A stretch of 64,000 nucleotides of DNA from Botryllus schlosseri (taxonomy: Eukaryota). This document shows positions 24,701-38,214 of this stretch, piece after piece. Under the pieces are notes generated by a model. The model saw only the letters and a program-made list of their open reading frames with translations, had not been told where the DNA came from and ran no database searches. The first letter of the stretch is position 1, and every line of letters begins with the position of its first letter. Position numbers and translations under genes: made by a program. The stretch is from assembly GCA_051294905.1 (NCBI GenBank), contig CM119373.1, positions 5,952,001 through 6,016,000 of the forward strand, in the 5' to 3' direction.

Positions 24701-27114
24701 AACGAACACTTTGAAATGTACTCAATTATACATTGACCGCGGGCCGCACTACATAAAAGTGGGATACTAAATCAAAATTCAATATTGTCCTTTGATCATA
24801 TAGTTCCGACAACATGTAAATAATATATATGCATTTGTCTATTTAAAACAATCCAAACATTTATTTGATGATAACGTACACGAGTCGAGAATTTAAAACC
24901 TCTTCCATGGTTACGGATGGTCATCCTCATTGTCAAAATTAGGGCGGAAAGTCGCTCGTCCCGATTCTTAGCACTAGATGATAATGTAAGTCTGTGAGCA
25001 GCGCTCTGTTCATACATTTGCTGATTGTACTTTTGGTTCAACTCCAGGACACACAACACTGACAGCATCATAACCATGTTACCTTTAAATACGCTTCTAC
25101 GGTATATAAATATCAAAAATATATACCTCTACTCATACAGAGAACGAATCTATTCAACAGTCGTGAAACGGTTTTCCAAGTATAGCACTACAATTAATAA
25201 ACTTGCTCGCGTTGCCAATCTAAAATTACATTCGTGGTCGGAATTAAGTCATTTACGTTTCACTTTCTTAAAAGATGCTTAGCAATTGAAACCTTTCAAG
25301 ATGCGTGGGCCACGAGGTCGGGCTGTCGCGCCTTCAATAAAATAAACTTATATTATGGTAATAATATAACTTATCGTTATGATGCTGAAATATGGTAAGG
25401 AAAAGTTTACATCGTTACATCGTTTCTTGAGCCTTTCGCGGATCGCACAAAACGGAGTTGCGTGCCGTAGTTTGGGGTAACTTGGGACGGGTGTCTCATG
25501 CACTGTCAGGTCAATATACTCCGACGGCTTCCTTGATCCCGAAATGTATGTATCTAGATTTTGCTAACATTCAGGCCCCTATACTAGGTTCTACCCGCGA
25601 TACAACGGTTATAGACTGACCAAAGTCGGCCTGTCTTACAATAACACACGGGAACTATAAGCAGAATATTTGAAATAGTGTCTCGCACCTTTCTCCAATT
25701 TATCGGACTTCGCCTCTTTTGCGGATACTTCGTTATTGAGCATCATTTGCATCAGGTCAACTCGTCGAGTCTAAATGTAAAGACGATGACATAAAGAAAA
25801 TACTTCCCAACACCACCCGTGTTGTCGTGGGGGATAGGAAAGTGGTTATATTAGAAAAGCTGAATTATATGTCCAACATGTCTACATGTTACGTACCGAT
25901 ACCAAAAACATACATTAGTTTAAGATAAATTCCTAATATACGAAGCGAAAACGAAATAGCAAACATATTTAACCTGCGATGTTGAGTTCTTTCTCCGTTC
26001 GTTTATCACGTGGTCGGTGAGAGCTCTGAAATAGCGTATCGGTTCCTTTCCGAGAATCGAATAATTGAAAAACTCTAAACACTTTTTCCAATGGCGGGTA
26101 TACGACTGGAAACGAAACGGAAGACTGGACACGAATTCGGATTCAAAATGCCATGTGTAAGGGTCAAGGGCAACGCAATTCCACACCGAGGGAATTCGAG
26201 CATTAGCACGTTCACATTATGGTCCTACAATGGTCAGAGAAGACATGAGTCCTATATGCATTGACCATAGCATTGCATCGCCAAATACGATCAACTGTGA
26301 ACGCATTAGTGTTGAAGAGAGCCACCAACACCCGCAGACAAAGCCAATCAACTCCTCACAATATTACAGTTTCACTCACAGCACATTAGAATGAACGGGT
26401 CGAAGAAGGACATATTGAATAGACTCTTCGCCTGTCTTGCAATTTCGGGCTCTTTTTCCGTGTCGTCTTGTGAATTGACTTCTGTGCTGAAGGCGGCAGA
26501 GCATATGATATCCAGAGACAGTCGGGAAAATATCCTGTATCGAAGGTGTGACTACTCAACTTTATATTGTACGAGGACTATGACAGAGTCTGAACATTTG
26601 CGAACGTGGAATGCTCTGCAGACTTCTGTCCAGTTATTGACAGTAGAAATGTCAGATTTGTAAACTTCGCCGCGCGTTATTACAGAAATTAGCTATTCTC
26701 GCTACTTCGTCTCAAATAACGAGTTTTTCACATACCGTCAGTAGATATTCGATGTAGCACTATGATCATCGAGAAAACAGCCGTTATGCCGTATCGGTTT
26801 GGTGTGTAGAATGAATACATATGTCGACAACAACAGCTACGTACGTCTTGGAGTTGAAGATTCCGCAATTTGCCCCAATCTTCCTATCTAAAGCAGACGA
26901 GGCATTCTGCGCGCATCTGTCCATGATGTAGGTCATCTGCCTTAGTTTGGCTGTCGAGAATGTCGGAGTCAAAGATGATCTGATACGCTTCCACTGATTT
27001 CCCTCGACTGAAGTCAGTGCTTGGTTGATCTCTTTCCCGTTTACCTTGGAAAGCGTCCTCTGACGAGAAACAAGGTTTATTTTACTTCTCTTATTAGAGT
27101 ACCTATATAGGTGT

Positions 27115-27510
27115 ATGCCTGGACTTGACTTGAGCCAATCTGTGTATTGACTGGACTTGAACTCAAGTCATTGCGCATGACTCGGACCAAGTCATATGAC
27201 TCGAGACTCAGACGGCCAAGACTGCCATGTCAATGTAATTTCGAAGAATAGTAAGTTGAACACAATATTGTTATATCTCATCTATTGGTACTGGTAGCCC
27301 TACTTGAAAATGTTCAAAGTGAGGAAAATTAGTATATTAGAAATGCGACCCATTCGATATCACCAAGCAGAGTTATAAAAAGTGGGTTTAACAAGATTTT
27401 AACTAGAAACAGAGTAGTCAACGCAATGACTTTGACTCGGACTACTCGAGTCACAATACCATGACTCGGACTCGACCCCCTGCTCGCTGACTTGGAATCG
27501 GACTAGACTA
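27115..27510. mobile_element. Truncated GACTC/GACTT-array hAT element
   Basis: Co-linear with the interior of 49652-50161 (caagtcatatgactcgagactc..., tcgatatcaccaa.cagagttataaaaagtgg); ends abruptly at a TAGGGTTGTCATACGTCC-type TIR at ~27509. Confidence 0.7.
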
Positions 27511-28624
27511 GGGTTGTCATACGTCCGGAATTTCCCGGACATGTCCGGAATTTCACTGAAAAAACTGCGTCCGGGAGAAAATTCTAAATTATGCCTAAAT
27601 GTCCGTAATTTTGAAGACTTGAAGTAGGTTCAAAAGTTTTTCCCAACTAAATCAACATAAACAATAATATGTTCGAGCAGATTTATTCTATTCGAAATTT
27701 TTCGTCGCACTGCGCGCAAGTTAATGCAACGTATAATGATATTAGTATGGACAACAGGCACCGCCCTCGCAAAAAGCACAATCAAAAATCAATATAAACT
27801 ACCATCATTTACTGAAATAAGTCTAATTGTAATCGCAATTACAAGCTAACGGTATATTTCTAAAGTTGGTTAAGGCCGATTGGATGCTTCAGTCACATAA
27901 AGTGATTTCAAATCTTGGGGTCGTTTGCCTTTATCTGGGGCTCGCTAAGATGATGGACGTAATCAGCTTCCAAAATAGGCCGTGAGTAAGTTTGGCAAGC
28001 TTAATTTTTATAGTAATCAGTTTATCAAGTTTTGAGCTGGGCCACGGAACATTTTCAAGTTGGAAATGAGGTCGCGACCATAAAAGTTTGGAAATCACCA
28101 GAAGTGGAACCTGCTGGAGCATTTTATAGTAGCCTGATGTAAGGAAGAATCAATATTATTGACAAAATTCAACAATCAGATGCATAGTAGCCTAAGTGCT
28201 CAAGAAGTTACATCGATTACCCTATGGTGGGCTCAAGATCAGTGCTTTTTTGAGTGGAAGGAGGCTGATAAATTTTGTTTCGGACCTGGTAAAAATATAC
28301 AACCAGATAGCCGCACCGACCTAGCAGTATAGCAGGGCTATTAAACACAGTCCCGACAGGCCAGTCACGGCCCTCCAGACGATTTCATCCGCCCGTGATG
28401 AAATCTATTGCAGACCCTAGCAAGCAGCAATCCCCAGAGCTCACATTACAGATGGCCCAATTCATGACCTATGTTCCACTCCATTCCTGTTTGCAGTTGA
28501 TGGGCTATGCTTTGCTAGTGCGACGTCATGTTGACAGTCAACTTGTCATACCTCATGTTAAGTTCGCTAGTGGGCGCTATAGAGTATCCGGAATTTGCTT
28601 CACGCAAATATGATAACCGTAGAC

Positions 28625-30178
28625 CAGGGGTCGGCAAGCTTTCGCTAGTCATGGGCCAAATTTCGAGTGTACAACTTTTTGGCGGCCGGAATTTTTCATA
28701 TTACTATATTTTACGCTTACTTCGGTATATTATCCAAGATTGCTGCAATCTCAATCATACCAATCATAAAGCAAATGTATTAACACTTCAACAACGCAGA
28801 ATAAATGTGACAATTGACGCAGCATGCTTTGTGACAGGTTTTCAACTTCTGGTAACAAGTCAGATGAAGCAAGAATCACGTCCGAAACATGTGATCTTAG
28901 ATGCATGAATTTTATTGTTCAAAACTATGGCTCACATACGTACGTGCTACCAAAAATCGATGCAATGTCTTTTGCATCGTTGGACAAGCTGGGATAAAGA
29001 TCAATTTCAAGAACGTACTCTTTGTCAAAGTCATGCAGCGATATGCTCTTTGTATGAAATTTGCCATTCAATTCACCTGCATCGCATTTCAAAAAGGCCC
29101 ATTTGTAATTTTCAGGCAATGGTATTGGCGTCCACATTAAATGGAGTACTGAATAGTCAAAAAATTATATTGTATAGAAGGAATGTCGGAGAAGCGGGTG
29201 AATATTAAGTAATTAAATTTCGTATCACAGTTACAAATATAGTGTTGGTACTAGGTTTTCTCTCCTCCAGTGTAGGAAAGTGAGCATAATTTTGTTCGTA
29301 CATTCCCCGAGTCGCAGATTTGTTTCGAATGCGCCTCAACATCGTATGTATTCAGTTGTTTTTCCCTACAAGTTGCAAATTCAATTTTTTCAGATGTGAC
29401 GTTAAACGAACCGCAAGATTAGATACCCATTTACGATTACAAGAGTATGAGTCGGCAATATCTGTATTTTCGAGAAAAGTTGCTATTTAATTTCTCAGTT
29501 CATAGACTCGTGCAAGCATAGCTGCTCGACTTAATGCGCGAACATGGCAGATATGCATTACATCGCCATATTGATTCTATGCTTCTAGCAATATCTGGTG
29601 TAACAATGTTGGTGATTCAGTTTGTGAGACAAAATCATATTAACAGTTTTCATCATTGTGGCCAAAACACTTCAGGTTTATTGTCTTGTCGCACAATGCC
29701 TTGTCGTGAATTAAACTACGGATAACTAACCTATACGGAGGCTAGTTATCTGTAATTAAACTGTCAGTATAAGTTTGAGTTTTGTCATTGCTTCTGAGAT
29801 GTTACAAGCGTTTTTGAAGCAGAGGAAGGACACCTTTATTTTCACACCCCATCGGTACACCCTTTAAAAAGCATGATACACCTTCGGTTGCGAGATGCGC
29901 CCGATTGATAAGCACTGATCTAGTCTACTCCATACAGACAATCTCCATCTCCTAATTCAAACGCCTTCGTTTAATAGCGTAACAATAGACTAATACGGCG
30001 TAGGCAACTTATATCGTAGCAACGCCGCATTCTTTCCAAGCAGTGCTGCACTGCAGATTGAATCTCATTGTGAAATGGTGGGTCGTATTATCGTGATAAC
30101 TAATTATTATGTCGCGGGCCGGACGATTTCGTTTGGCGGGCCGGATCCGGCCCGCGGGCCGTAGGTTGCCGACCCTTG
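28625..30178 (-). mobile_element. hAT (Buster/Charlie-like) element with decayed transposase dimerisation-domain remnant (intron 4 of copy C)
   Basis: TIR CAGGGGTCGGCAA / TTGCCGACCCTTG; TSD-like CCGTAGAC / CCTTAGAA. ORF 28925-29137 ends YPSLSNDAKDIASIFGSTYVCE, the FGSTYxCE motif of Buster/SPIN-type transposases. Confidence 0.75.
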
Positions 30179-31582
30179 CCTTAGAATATAATATTCCGTA
30201 ACTACGCATACTCATTATTGCATATGACTGCTCTTATCGTCATTAAAAAAGATAACCGAACAAAATGCTAATGCGCGATTCATGTCGAGTAGGTAATGCC
30301 AATAAGACTACATTACCTGTCGCACGGAAAAGGACTGGAATTCTTTGATAAATATTTGTCTCAGCATTTGCGGATCATGTATCGTGATGCTTGGCGATAA
30401 AAATGAGTACGAACTGAAATAGGAATTGTTCTCGTGTAGAGCTAAAGAAATTCAGTAGCAAAATGCGACTGTGAGCATACCAAATTGAATATGGTTCAAA
30501 GGTTTAATACAATAGTAGATGCCGTAGGACAATAAAAAAAGTCCACGTATTGCTCAGTGTGATAACTTTCATTGCCAAATTGATTTATTATTCTTATCGC
30601 TATAGAAGTCGTAATTGGTAGTAGTTAATGCAAAATTAACCAGATTCATTTTGTTATGTTTATGGATATAATGTCCTTGATAGTAAAGAAACTGGGCAAC
30701 ATACGGAATACGCAAATCTCTTATATTTGGAATGACCGATATACCGTCACCCAAACCCACAAGTACCAGAGACGTGAATCGCGCGAAGCGCGAAATTTTT
30801 TTATGTTTTACGGAATCGAGTCTAAAATATTCTTGAATCGGTCGTAATATAAGATTTATTAAAATTTGATATTTAGAATTGTTCCCCTCCTATCGCTTTG
30901 TAACGTGCCTCGTGATTGTGGTTCTGATGCGATAAGAGTAAGGTTTGAGATTGATATTGAAGAGGATTCTGAATTTGATAGTATAAATGCTCAGACCAAA
31001 GTAACGTATAGTGACTTGTAAAATTGCAGCCAGATCAATGCAAGAATCATAGAATCTGGAGACACGTGACGTTGGCCCGTTTTATTCCGAAAGCCTGTAT
31101 CGAGCAGGCTTAGTTGTACCGAATATAATGCGAAATATAAATATAAACACAAATCTCGCTTCATCGAATTGTACATTCAATAATTTTCCGATCCACTGAA
31201 GCTTCTCGCGTACCAACAATTTCAAATACTTACCGAGATTTTTGGTCAACACCAAAATTGGAAGGTAACATAACAAATGTGAGCTAGATTCATGGGGGAC
31301 CCACCTGGCATATTTTATTCATTAAAATTTAATTCCTATGTGTCGAAACTAGAAATTACTTGACGCAAACAATTTTGAATTTGGGTGTTTTTAATTACTA
31401 ATTCAGAAAAGAAGAAGTAAGATCATAATTTGAAAAGTTGCGATGATGCAAAAAAATGATAATTAATGTGGCCGAACTTAGCGCCCCAACAAACAAAAGT
31501 GGAATCAGAAAAAGAAACCAATATAATTACTCTTACTTGCTATGATCAATGTATAACATTCAGGTCTTTCCATTGTTATAAT

Positions 31583-32088
31583 TAGGGTTGCATTTAAAAC
31601 AAACGTTCGTCTAAAACACTTTATTTAAAACATGTTTCAAACAATGCTTTAAACATCGGCTTAAAAATAGTTGTATAATTATGCCATATTGTGTAAATAC
31701 TTTCCAAAACATGAATGATGTGCCTACGGACGATTTACACTCGGCATAGAGGACGTATACGATATGGAATGGTTGGAACCCTCGAGATAGTAGGCTCAAC
31801 AGCTATAGCATACGTAGATATAAATCATTGATGCGGAATGTATGCTCTGATGATGATGAGCGCTGACCGTAAAATGCTGCATGACGATGTAGTTATGGCT
31901 AAGAATATTTTTGGTCCATATATGACAGAGGTTTGAAGCCCTTTTTGTCAAAGAAGCTATATCTACCGTAAATTTTCAATTGCCAACGTGAATCTATTAG
32001 GACGCCACATTTGAATATTAATAAAATAAAAGCATGTTTTAAACAAGGGTCTTGTTTTAAATAGATGTTCGTTTTAAATGCAACCCTA
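31583..32088. mobile_element. hAT MITE (TIR TAGGGTTGCATTTAAAAC), uninterrupted 506-bp copy
   Basis: Matching TIRs and a perfect 8-bp TSD GTTATAAT. Confidence 0.9.
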
Positions 32089-33033
32089 GTTATAATATAT
32101 GTTGCATCGTACCGTAAAATCGTATCAGGTACTTTACATATGTTTGAAATTAATTCTATTTACCCCCAAATTGGTCCATGCTTTTTCTTCATTTTGTTGT
32201 CATACGAAAAGGCCTTTGAAATGAAAAGGAATATATCATTATAGAATCTTGACATCATACTTTGAAGCATGCGCAATTGCCTATGCATCATTTCCAACCA
32301 TAAATAAGAATAAATTCCGCTGTCCAACCGACTATTGCTATGTGTACCAAAACTTACGTCTTTGCCAAAAAGAAGACGCAGATGACCAAATTGGAACAGA
32401 GTCGGCGCGTCGTGAGGAATGTTGAGGTCCTTCAGAACCTGCCATTTTCGATGAACGAAGTACCTGTACGTAGAAGAAACACGGTCTATGATTATTCTAT
32501 TCAAAATAATGTGGAATCGCGAGTGCCGTGTTGAGGAAAGATCATTTCACAGCACTATCTTCATTTTTTCTCCAGCTACTATATGACATCTTTGTCAATT
32601 TAGTTACGAAATTTCACTTCTTTGCAGAGGCGGAGGCGCATGTAATGAGGTCATCCCTCTTTTGGCGACACGATTGTATTATAATCATCAAATTGTAAAC
32701 GGTCTCTTTGAGTAAATTGCAAGCCGTTCACACTGCACTAATTGCAATTGAATAATATTGCTGACTGTTGTGATCTCGTCTGGGTAATTGCAATTTCGAT
32801 ACTAACGATTACGTGACGCAGCGATGGGCTCGTCATAAAAGAGTTGAGAATTACGCCTATATGACGCGACGCCTATCATGTGCCGATGCTGAAATTGAGA
32901 TATAATTGAACTGGGACCGCAACAATATCATTTCGGTGTTGAAGATATTTATTCCCGTCACCGCACATTGTCAATTCTCTTGAGCACCCCGTAATTCATA
33001 CGAACATTCGACATACGCGCATGCACAGTGTGT

Positions 33034-33060
33034 ACACACACACACACACACACACACACA
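33034..33060. repeat. (AC)n microsatellite just inside intron 1 of copy C
   Basis: Direct reading: uninterrupted AC dinucleotide run. Confidence 0.95.
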
Positions 33061-33989
33061 GAGACAGACAATCTGCTGTAGAATGCATAAATTACTATAC
33101 TTACCATGTTAGTGCAAAAAAGCTAATCACCAGAATCCACGTCTCAAGCGATATCATATTTATGAGCGCCCACATTTTCAGACGTATCGTAATTGGTAAA
33201 ACCTTAAAATAACTGATAATTATAGCACCTGTTGCCGACGGTCGAGGTGCGTGTGATAAGGCACACATGAAGTTTGAAGGTCTCGATTAAAAATATGAAA
33301 TGCACTTAAACTGATCTTCAGTCGTTGCCAATCCGGATAGGACTGTTGGGGGCACCCCATATATGCATAAAATTAAAATTAAAGAAGTTACGTCAGCTGG
33401 GCAGATAGTCGGCGGGCTTTGATCCACGAACCGGTTTTATGTTTGCGCGTGGAGTGGTTGAATAGCGATAATGGGCTGCTTTGTTCTACTTTAAAAGACC
33501 CTCCCGTGACAGTTGTCTTAATAGATATGACTATAGCTCATTTGCTAGTTATTCATGAAATGAGATATTTTCATCTGTACAGCTCACTCCGTGGCAGGTG
33601 ATCCAGCAACTTTTTATCAGTCAAAAGAAGTACTGGTAGTTCATGAGCAAAATCGCAGTGAAACTGATGGTAACATTTCAATTTTGTTATATTTTTTATA
33701 ACAGCTGACAATGCGGTAACAGTGCTTGCTCTCCTCAGTTTTCTGCAGTATCCCATCTATGTCAAACATAAAGCGATTTGCAAATTGTTTCGGATATGTG
33801 CTTATTTGTTTATTTTTCGTCAATTCGACAACTCCAGCACCTCCTCACGGCTTAACGCGTCATACTACAACACGGACACCAGACAACAATATTTAGAGAC
33901 AGTCATCACACATTATTCCTGCAAGTCCCTATATTGATCTAAGCCACTATGGTACGTATTTCCGTCGTCGACTCAGAGACAATGAACAT

Positions 33990-34385
33990 GTCTGCATCTC
34001 TTAATCATAAACTTTTAACGTTACGCATATTACGTCATCGCAAACCTGTATCCCAGCCGAGACAGCAAGATAAGGAACCGAGAATAATCAAAAAGGCTAA
34101 CCTGAAGCCACTCTATATTCCACCCACGATTCTCAACAGTGATACACAGATCAGTAATATATCATGACTGTGATAATCAATAGGCGAAGGGACATATTGT
34201 TTGTTGAATGCAGCCCGCTCAAAGTTCACAAATGCTGTTTGTAAGATTCATTGGGCACGACGACCATCGCTCCCGCAATTTTTTTCAAGAACAGTGATAA
34301 TTGAGAACAATTCACGAGCTTAACCATTGTATATAGGTTCGACATTCGTCACGTAGTTTCCGGGGGTTCCTTTTTGCATCGTACA
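33990..34385 (-). mobile_element. Possible highly decayed non-LTR reverse transcriptase remnant
   Basis: Ordered weak motif echoes on the minus strand: KGTPGNY (~KGDPxNYR), AFVNFERAAF (~AFIDFEKAFD), QVCDDVIC (~FADDxxL); frames are broken. Confidence 0.3.
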
Positions 34386-34416
34386 GGGTAAAGTGACGGA
34401 ATAATGGCCATGGCAC

Positions 34417-35604
34417 CAGGGCTTTGGAGCAGCCGGAAATTTAAACTGCTCCGGCTCCGGAGCTTTCTTCTATCATACATTAGCTCCGGCTCCAGCTCCG
34501 GAGCGGCATTATTACCACTGCTCCGGCTCCAGCTCCGGCTCCGGCTCTGAAATTATCGAATGGGCCTGTCTATATCAGGGGTGGCCAACCCGCGGGCCAA
34601 ATGTGGCCCGCGCGAGAGGGTTTTGCGTGGCCCGCGATGTAATTTCCTTCCTATTATTATCGAAAATGAATTGCTCAGATTTTGAAATTGCAATGCCAAC
34701 CAAAAATTGCAATAAACTAAAATAGTAGTGAATTTTTTCTTCACGCTTCACGTGTTTAATTGTCACACGATTTCTTGCTGCCTACCCCCTACTGAAAATG
34801 AAAAAAAACGCCTAATTTCCCCGATTGAGTCTAACTGTATTCGCAATTACGGGAGAAAGTCTTTTCGCGTTTGCGCTCGCATAAAGATCGTCGACGGTGA
34901 AATGTAGGCACAAAATGATTATCGCATATTATCGGAGACCTTCGATATAGATGTGGCCAGACGCCGAATAGTCGTGTCCTTGCAAACTGAGCCTAGCAGG
35001 TGGTATATTATACAGTAGACCCGCAATATACTCAAGTAATAATATTATTGACCTGGTTTATATATAAACTTTGTAAATTTTACCCGCTTGGCGCGGCTGG
35101 TGGACCGCGCGCTCGGTCGTCAATTTCATGTGTCCTTTAGACCAGAAGGTTGGCCCTTCCTTGTCTATATAGATTACTAATCTACCCATAGGTTAGTTAT
35201 CTATAGTAATCTAGAGTCTGTCAGCCGTCAGTAACATCCGATGTAGCAACGAAGACATTAGGTGCCACCGTGCCGGCTTGTGACGTCATAATGAATACTT
35301 GTCAATTGTCGATAACATCATAGTTGCACTAGAACGCACTTAACTCTATGCCATTGCTGCGCACAGCATTAATATTAAGGCCTGCTGTTCAATTATGATA
35401 AATCAGCAGATGTGGTTTTTGCATATATAATAACATCTTATGAAATACGTCGGAGCCGGAGCTACTCCTCAAATAACGGGCTCCAGCTCCGGCTCCGGCT
35501 CCGGCTGAATTTTATGTAGAGCTCCGGCTCCGGCTCCAGCTCCGGTGAAAATGCCCGGCTCCGGAGCTCCGGCTCCGGGCTCCGGCTCCGGCTCCAAAGC
35601 CCTG
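34417..35604. mobile_element. hAT MITE with (GCTCCG)n subterminal arrays, containing a nested MITE
   Basis: TIR CAGGGCTTTGGAGC / GCTCCAAAGCCCTG; perfect TSD CATGGCAC. GGCTCC/GGAGCC arrays at ~34445-34550 and ~35450-35595. Confidence 0.9.
34576..35162. mobile_element. Charlie-like hAT MITE nested in 34417-35604
   Basis: Starts CAGGGGTGGCCAACCCGCGGGCC; flanked by a perfect TSD GTCTATAT (34568-75 / 35163-70); right TIR degenerate. Confidence 0.75.
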
Positions 35605-35998
35605 CATGGCACACAGAAATAATGTGTCAATATTGATTTTACATTCAATCATCTAGTCTGGTGGAGTTGACAGGTTTGAACATCCAAAATGACAAAGTGA
35701 GACGAAACAGCTGCCAAAAATAGATCACCGAGTTCAAATTGTTCACTTTCAGACGTCGACTATATGTACCGTCGCTTTGGTAATATTCGTTTTTCTGCTA
35801 TCCAAACCCGGATTGCCCACTGTATGAACTGCAGATCTGCACATTATTTCTAGTGGGCCGAACAAATCTATATTCGCCGCAAATGACGTATACGGATAGT
35901 TGCGGCACAAAATCTGTTTTAAATTTACCTAGTGAATAAATATGTAATTTAGTGAATCAGCCTTCTTTTATCAATTGTGACATGAGTTCAATTTAGAA

Positions 35999-37296
35999 CA
36001 GGGGTCACCAACACGCGGCCCGCGGGCCGCATGCGGCCCGCGAGGTCATATTTTGCGGCCCGCGGCCTGATTTGGAGAAATTCTGGAAGAACGCTCAGTA
36101 AACCATTTCGAAATGCCGAAATTGATTTCAGTTTAAGCATATTGTTGTTGCTGATAAAAGTTAGCCATTCTACTGCGCCCAATATCACTTTTCCTTCGGT
36201 TCGGCATGGTAATATCATTCTATGGAGGAATAAAAATTATGCGGCCGTCGACACTCAACTCAATTAGGATGTGTTGGCGGCTGTCAATATTATGCAAATG
36301 GAATTTACGAAATGACTCCCTAAATGAAAGGTTTGAATTATTCTTGAAATTTTCTTCGTGTTGCTCGCGCTTCAATGCGAGCTGATTTTGGGTTTTAATA
36401 CAGCAGTGTCCGTTGTAATCTGAATCCCACAATACAGATGCGAAAAGCAAAGAAAAATGATGCGCCCCATAAAGAAATACCAATACTTAATCGGGTTCTT
36501 CTTATCCCGAATTAATTGTAATGGGAGGTCAAGAAATACCTACATGCAACATATGGGACTAATGAGAAGTGGATCACCCAAAGATGCACCACAGCATTAA
36601 TAACTTCTCCAAGTTTTTGAAGATTCACCCTGCATAAACTCTACCGGTGAATATGATCACATGGGCCGAGAAAGGATGAATATTTGATAATAATATGTGA
36701 AACTATACTAATATCAAATGACGAAATTCACTCATGAGCATGAAAAAATTTTCGCGCATCGCGCGACTGCAGTACAATTCCCTGTCTCTCTTCACAACTT
36801 CAATATATTCACGATCTCGGTGCCCATAGTAAGCCGATATGAGTAAATAGATTTGACCGGAGTGTACCAGCAATGGACATGGTGAGTTTAACGTGGATAT
36901 TTGGCCCCAGTTTGTTTATTACCACTATGCACCGGAATGCAGCCGCGGGCTACATGAGTAATCGAAATGCGGCCGTGAATAGCAACAAGGTTATTTGGCC
37001 AACCCGGTTTTAGTAGCTACAGAGTGTTGTCAGGTATCGTGCGCAGATCATAGTTCAAATATAATGAAATTGATGAGCATGATATTTTTTGTTGTATTTG
37101 TGTTTGTTCAATAAAATATTATTCATTTTTTGGTTACTATGCCCATCGCCCATGTAAGAGAGCACAGCATTGTACTTGCGCAGAGTTATCATACGCTGCG
37201 TTGGCTATAATAATTTCGATATTAAAGTCATGCGGCCCGCGGCCTCTAAGAATTTTGAAAAGTGGCCCGCGACCCATTTTGAGTTGGCGACCCCTG
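35999..37296. mobile_element. Charlie-like hAT non-autonomous element
   Basis: TIR CAGGGGTCACCAAC / GTTGGCGACCCCTG; subterminal GCGGCCCGCG motifs; perfect TSD ATTTAGAA. Confidence 0.9.
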
Positions 37297-38214
37297 ATTT
37301 AGAACATTCCCTAATGAGAGCAGTACTGAAGCTTCCGCCAGACCACCAATCAGCCGTTATTTCTTTACTGCTACTATCAGCGAGATATGTTGTACCGCCT
37401 AGTGAGCCAGCTTACTACTCATAACCGCGCGAAGCGCGAACAATTAATATGATACATGATTAAATCTATCAATATGATCGAGAATCGCCTATATAGTGCT
37501 ATCAATTTTTACCCTCTCTCTGCTCACGTAATCAGATTTATCGGTAGACGTGAGTGAGGTATCTTGGAAAATATAGGGCCCTTATATAAAATAATTTATT
37601 CAATCAATCATATTCTGTCGAACCCGTTGCTATAATGCCTCCGTTGTATGATGTTGTTTCGTGACCTCATGTCTGCTATGTCAAATGATATTGAAATCGC
37701 CCAAACAAAAAGAGACACACAATTTCAAATTGGTATTTCTGCACTGGAATATAATTGTTCTGTGCGAGATGGCATTGGTCTTGTGGGGTTCAGATTGCCA
37801 AGACAGGAACATTCGACGCCAACCATTTCGGCGCCTATGGACAATGAACCATACATATATAGCCTATATATCGAAGTTTTCGGTCAGCATAAGGGCAGTA
37901 CTTTTCGGCCATGTTTTTTCGTTGTTGATCATTCCGGCAGACTTCTCGAAGTCGCATGTTACATGGCCTAAAACTTTATATACCTTGGTGCGTCGTGGCG
38001 CGGTAATGGCCGACGCCGAAATGCCTATAACTATTAATCATGCGTAAGTGTTTTTCTTGGGAGAAGGGTACACCCCAATAATCGTGATATTTGACAACTT
38101 TAGATCGCGCCTACCACGAAAAAAGTTGAAAACTTGGTATATATTTTCAAATAAATACTCCATAATTTATGATAATTCATGAAGTAATTTTCGAGCTCGG
38201 CCTTTTGAGTGATT

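Larger units (their letters stand above)
22237..33175 (-). pseudogene. Cytochrome P450, clan 3 / CYP3A-like, copy C, probable pseudogene (two frameshifts)
   Basis: Exons 33175-33105 (MWALINMISLETW), 32463-32358, 32213-32164, 30413-30317, 27059-26845, 26534-26380, 26105-25974 (132 nt vs 131 in paralogues, +1), 25770-25689, 23602-23440 (163 nt vs 161, +2), 23385-23297, 22846-22709, 22638-22482, 22335-22237 (TAG). The +1 shift reaches a TGA in exon 8. All P450 motifs are otherwise recognisable. Confidence 0.85.

Noticed and set aside
25689-25974. Idea that the two frameshifts in copy C are compensatory and keep a functional protein
   Set aside because: The shifted frame hits TGA in exon 8, and skipping exon 8 gives a stop early in exon 9.
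14897-33259. TGATAA (GATA-like) sites about 80-100 nt upstream of the start in copies B and C
   Set aside because: A 6-mer in AT-rich DNA that is not clearly kept in A or D; insufficient support for a promoter call.
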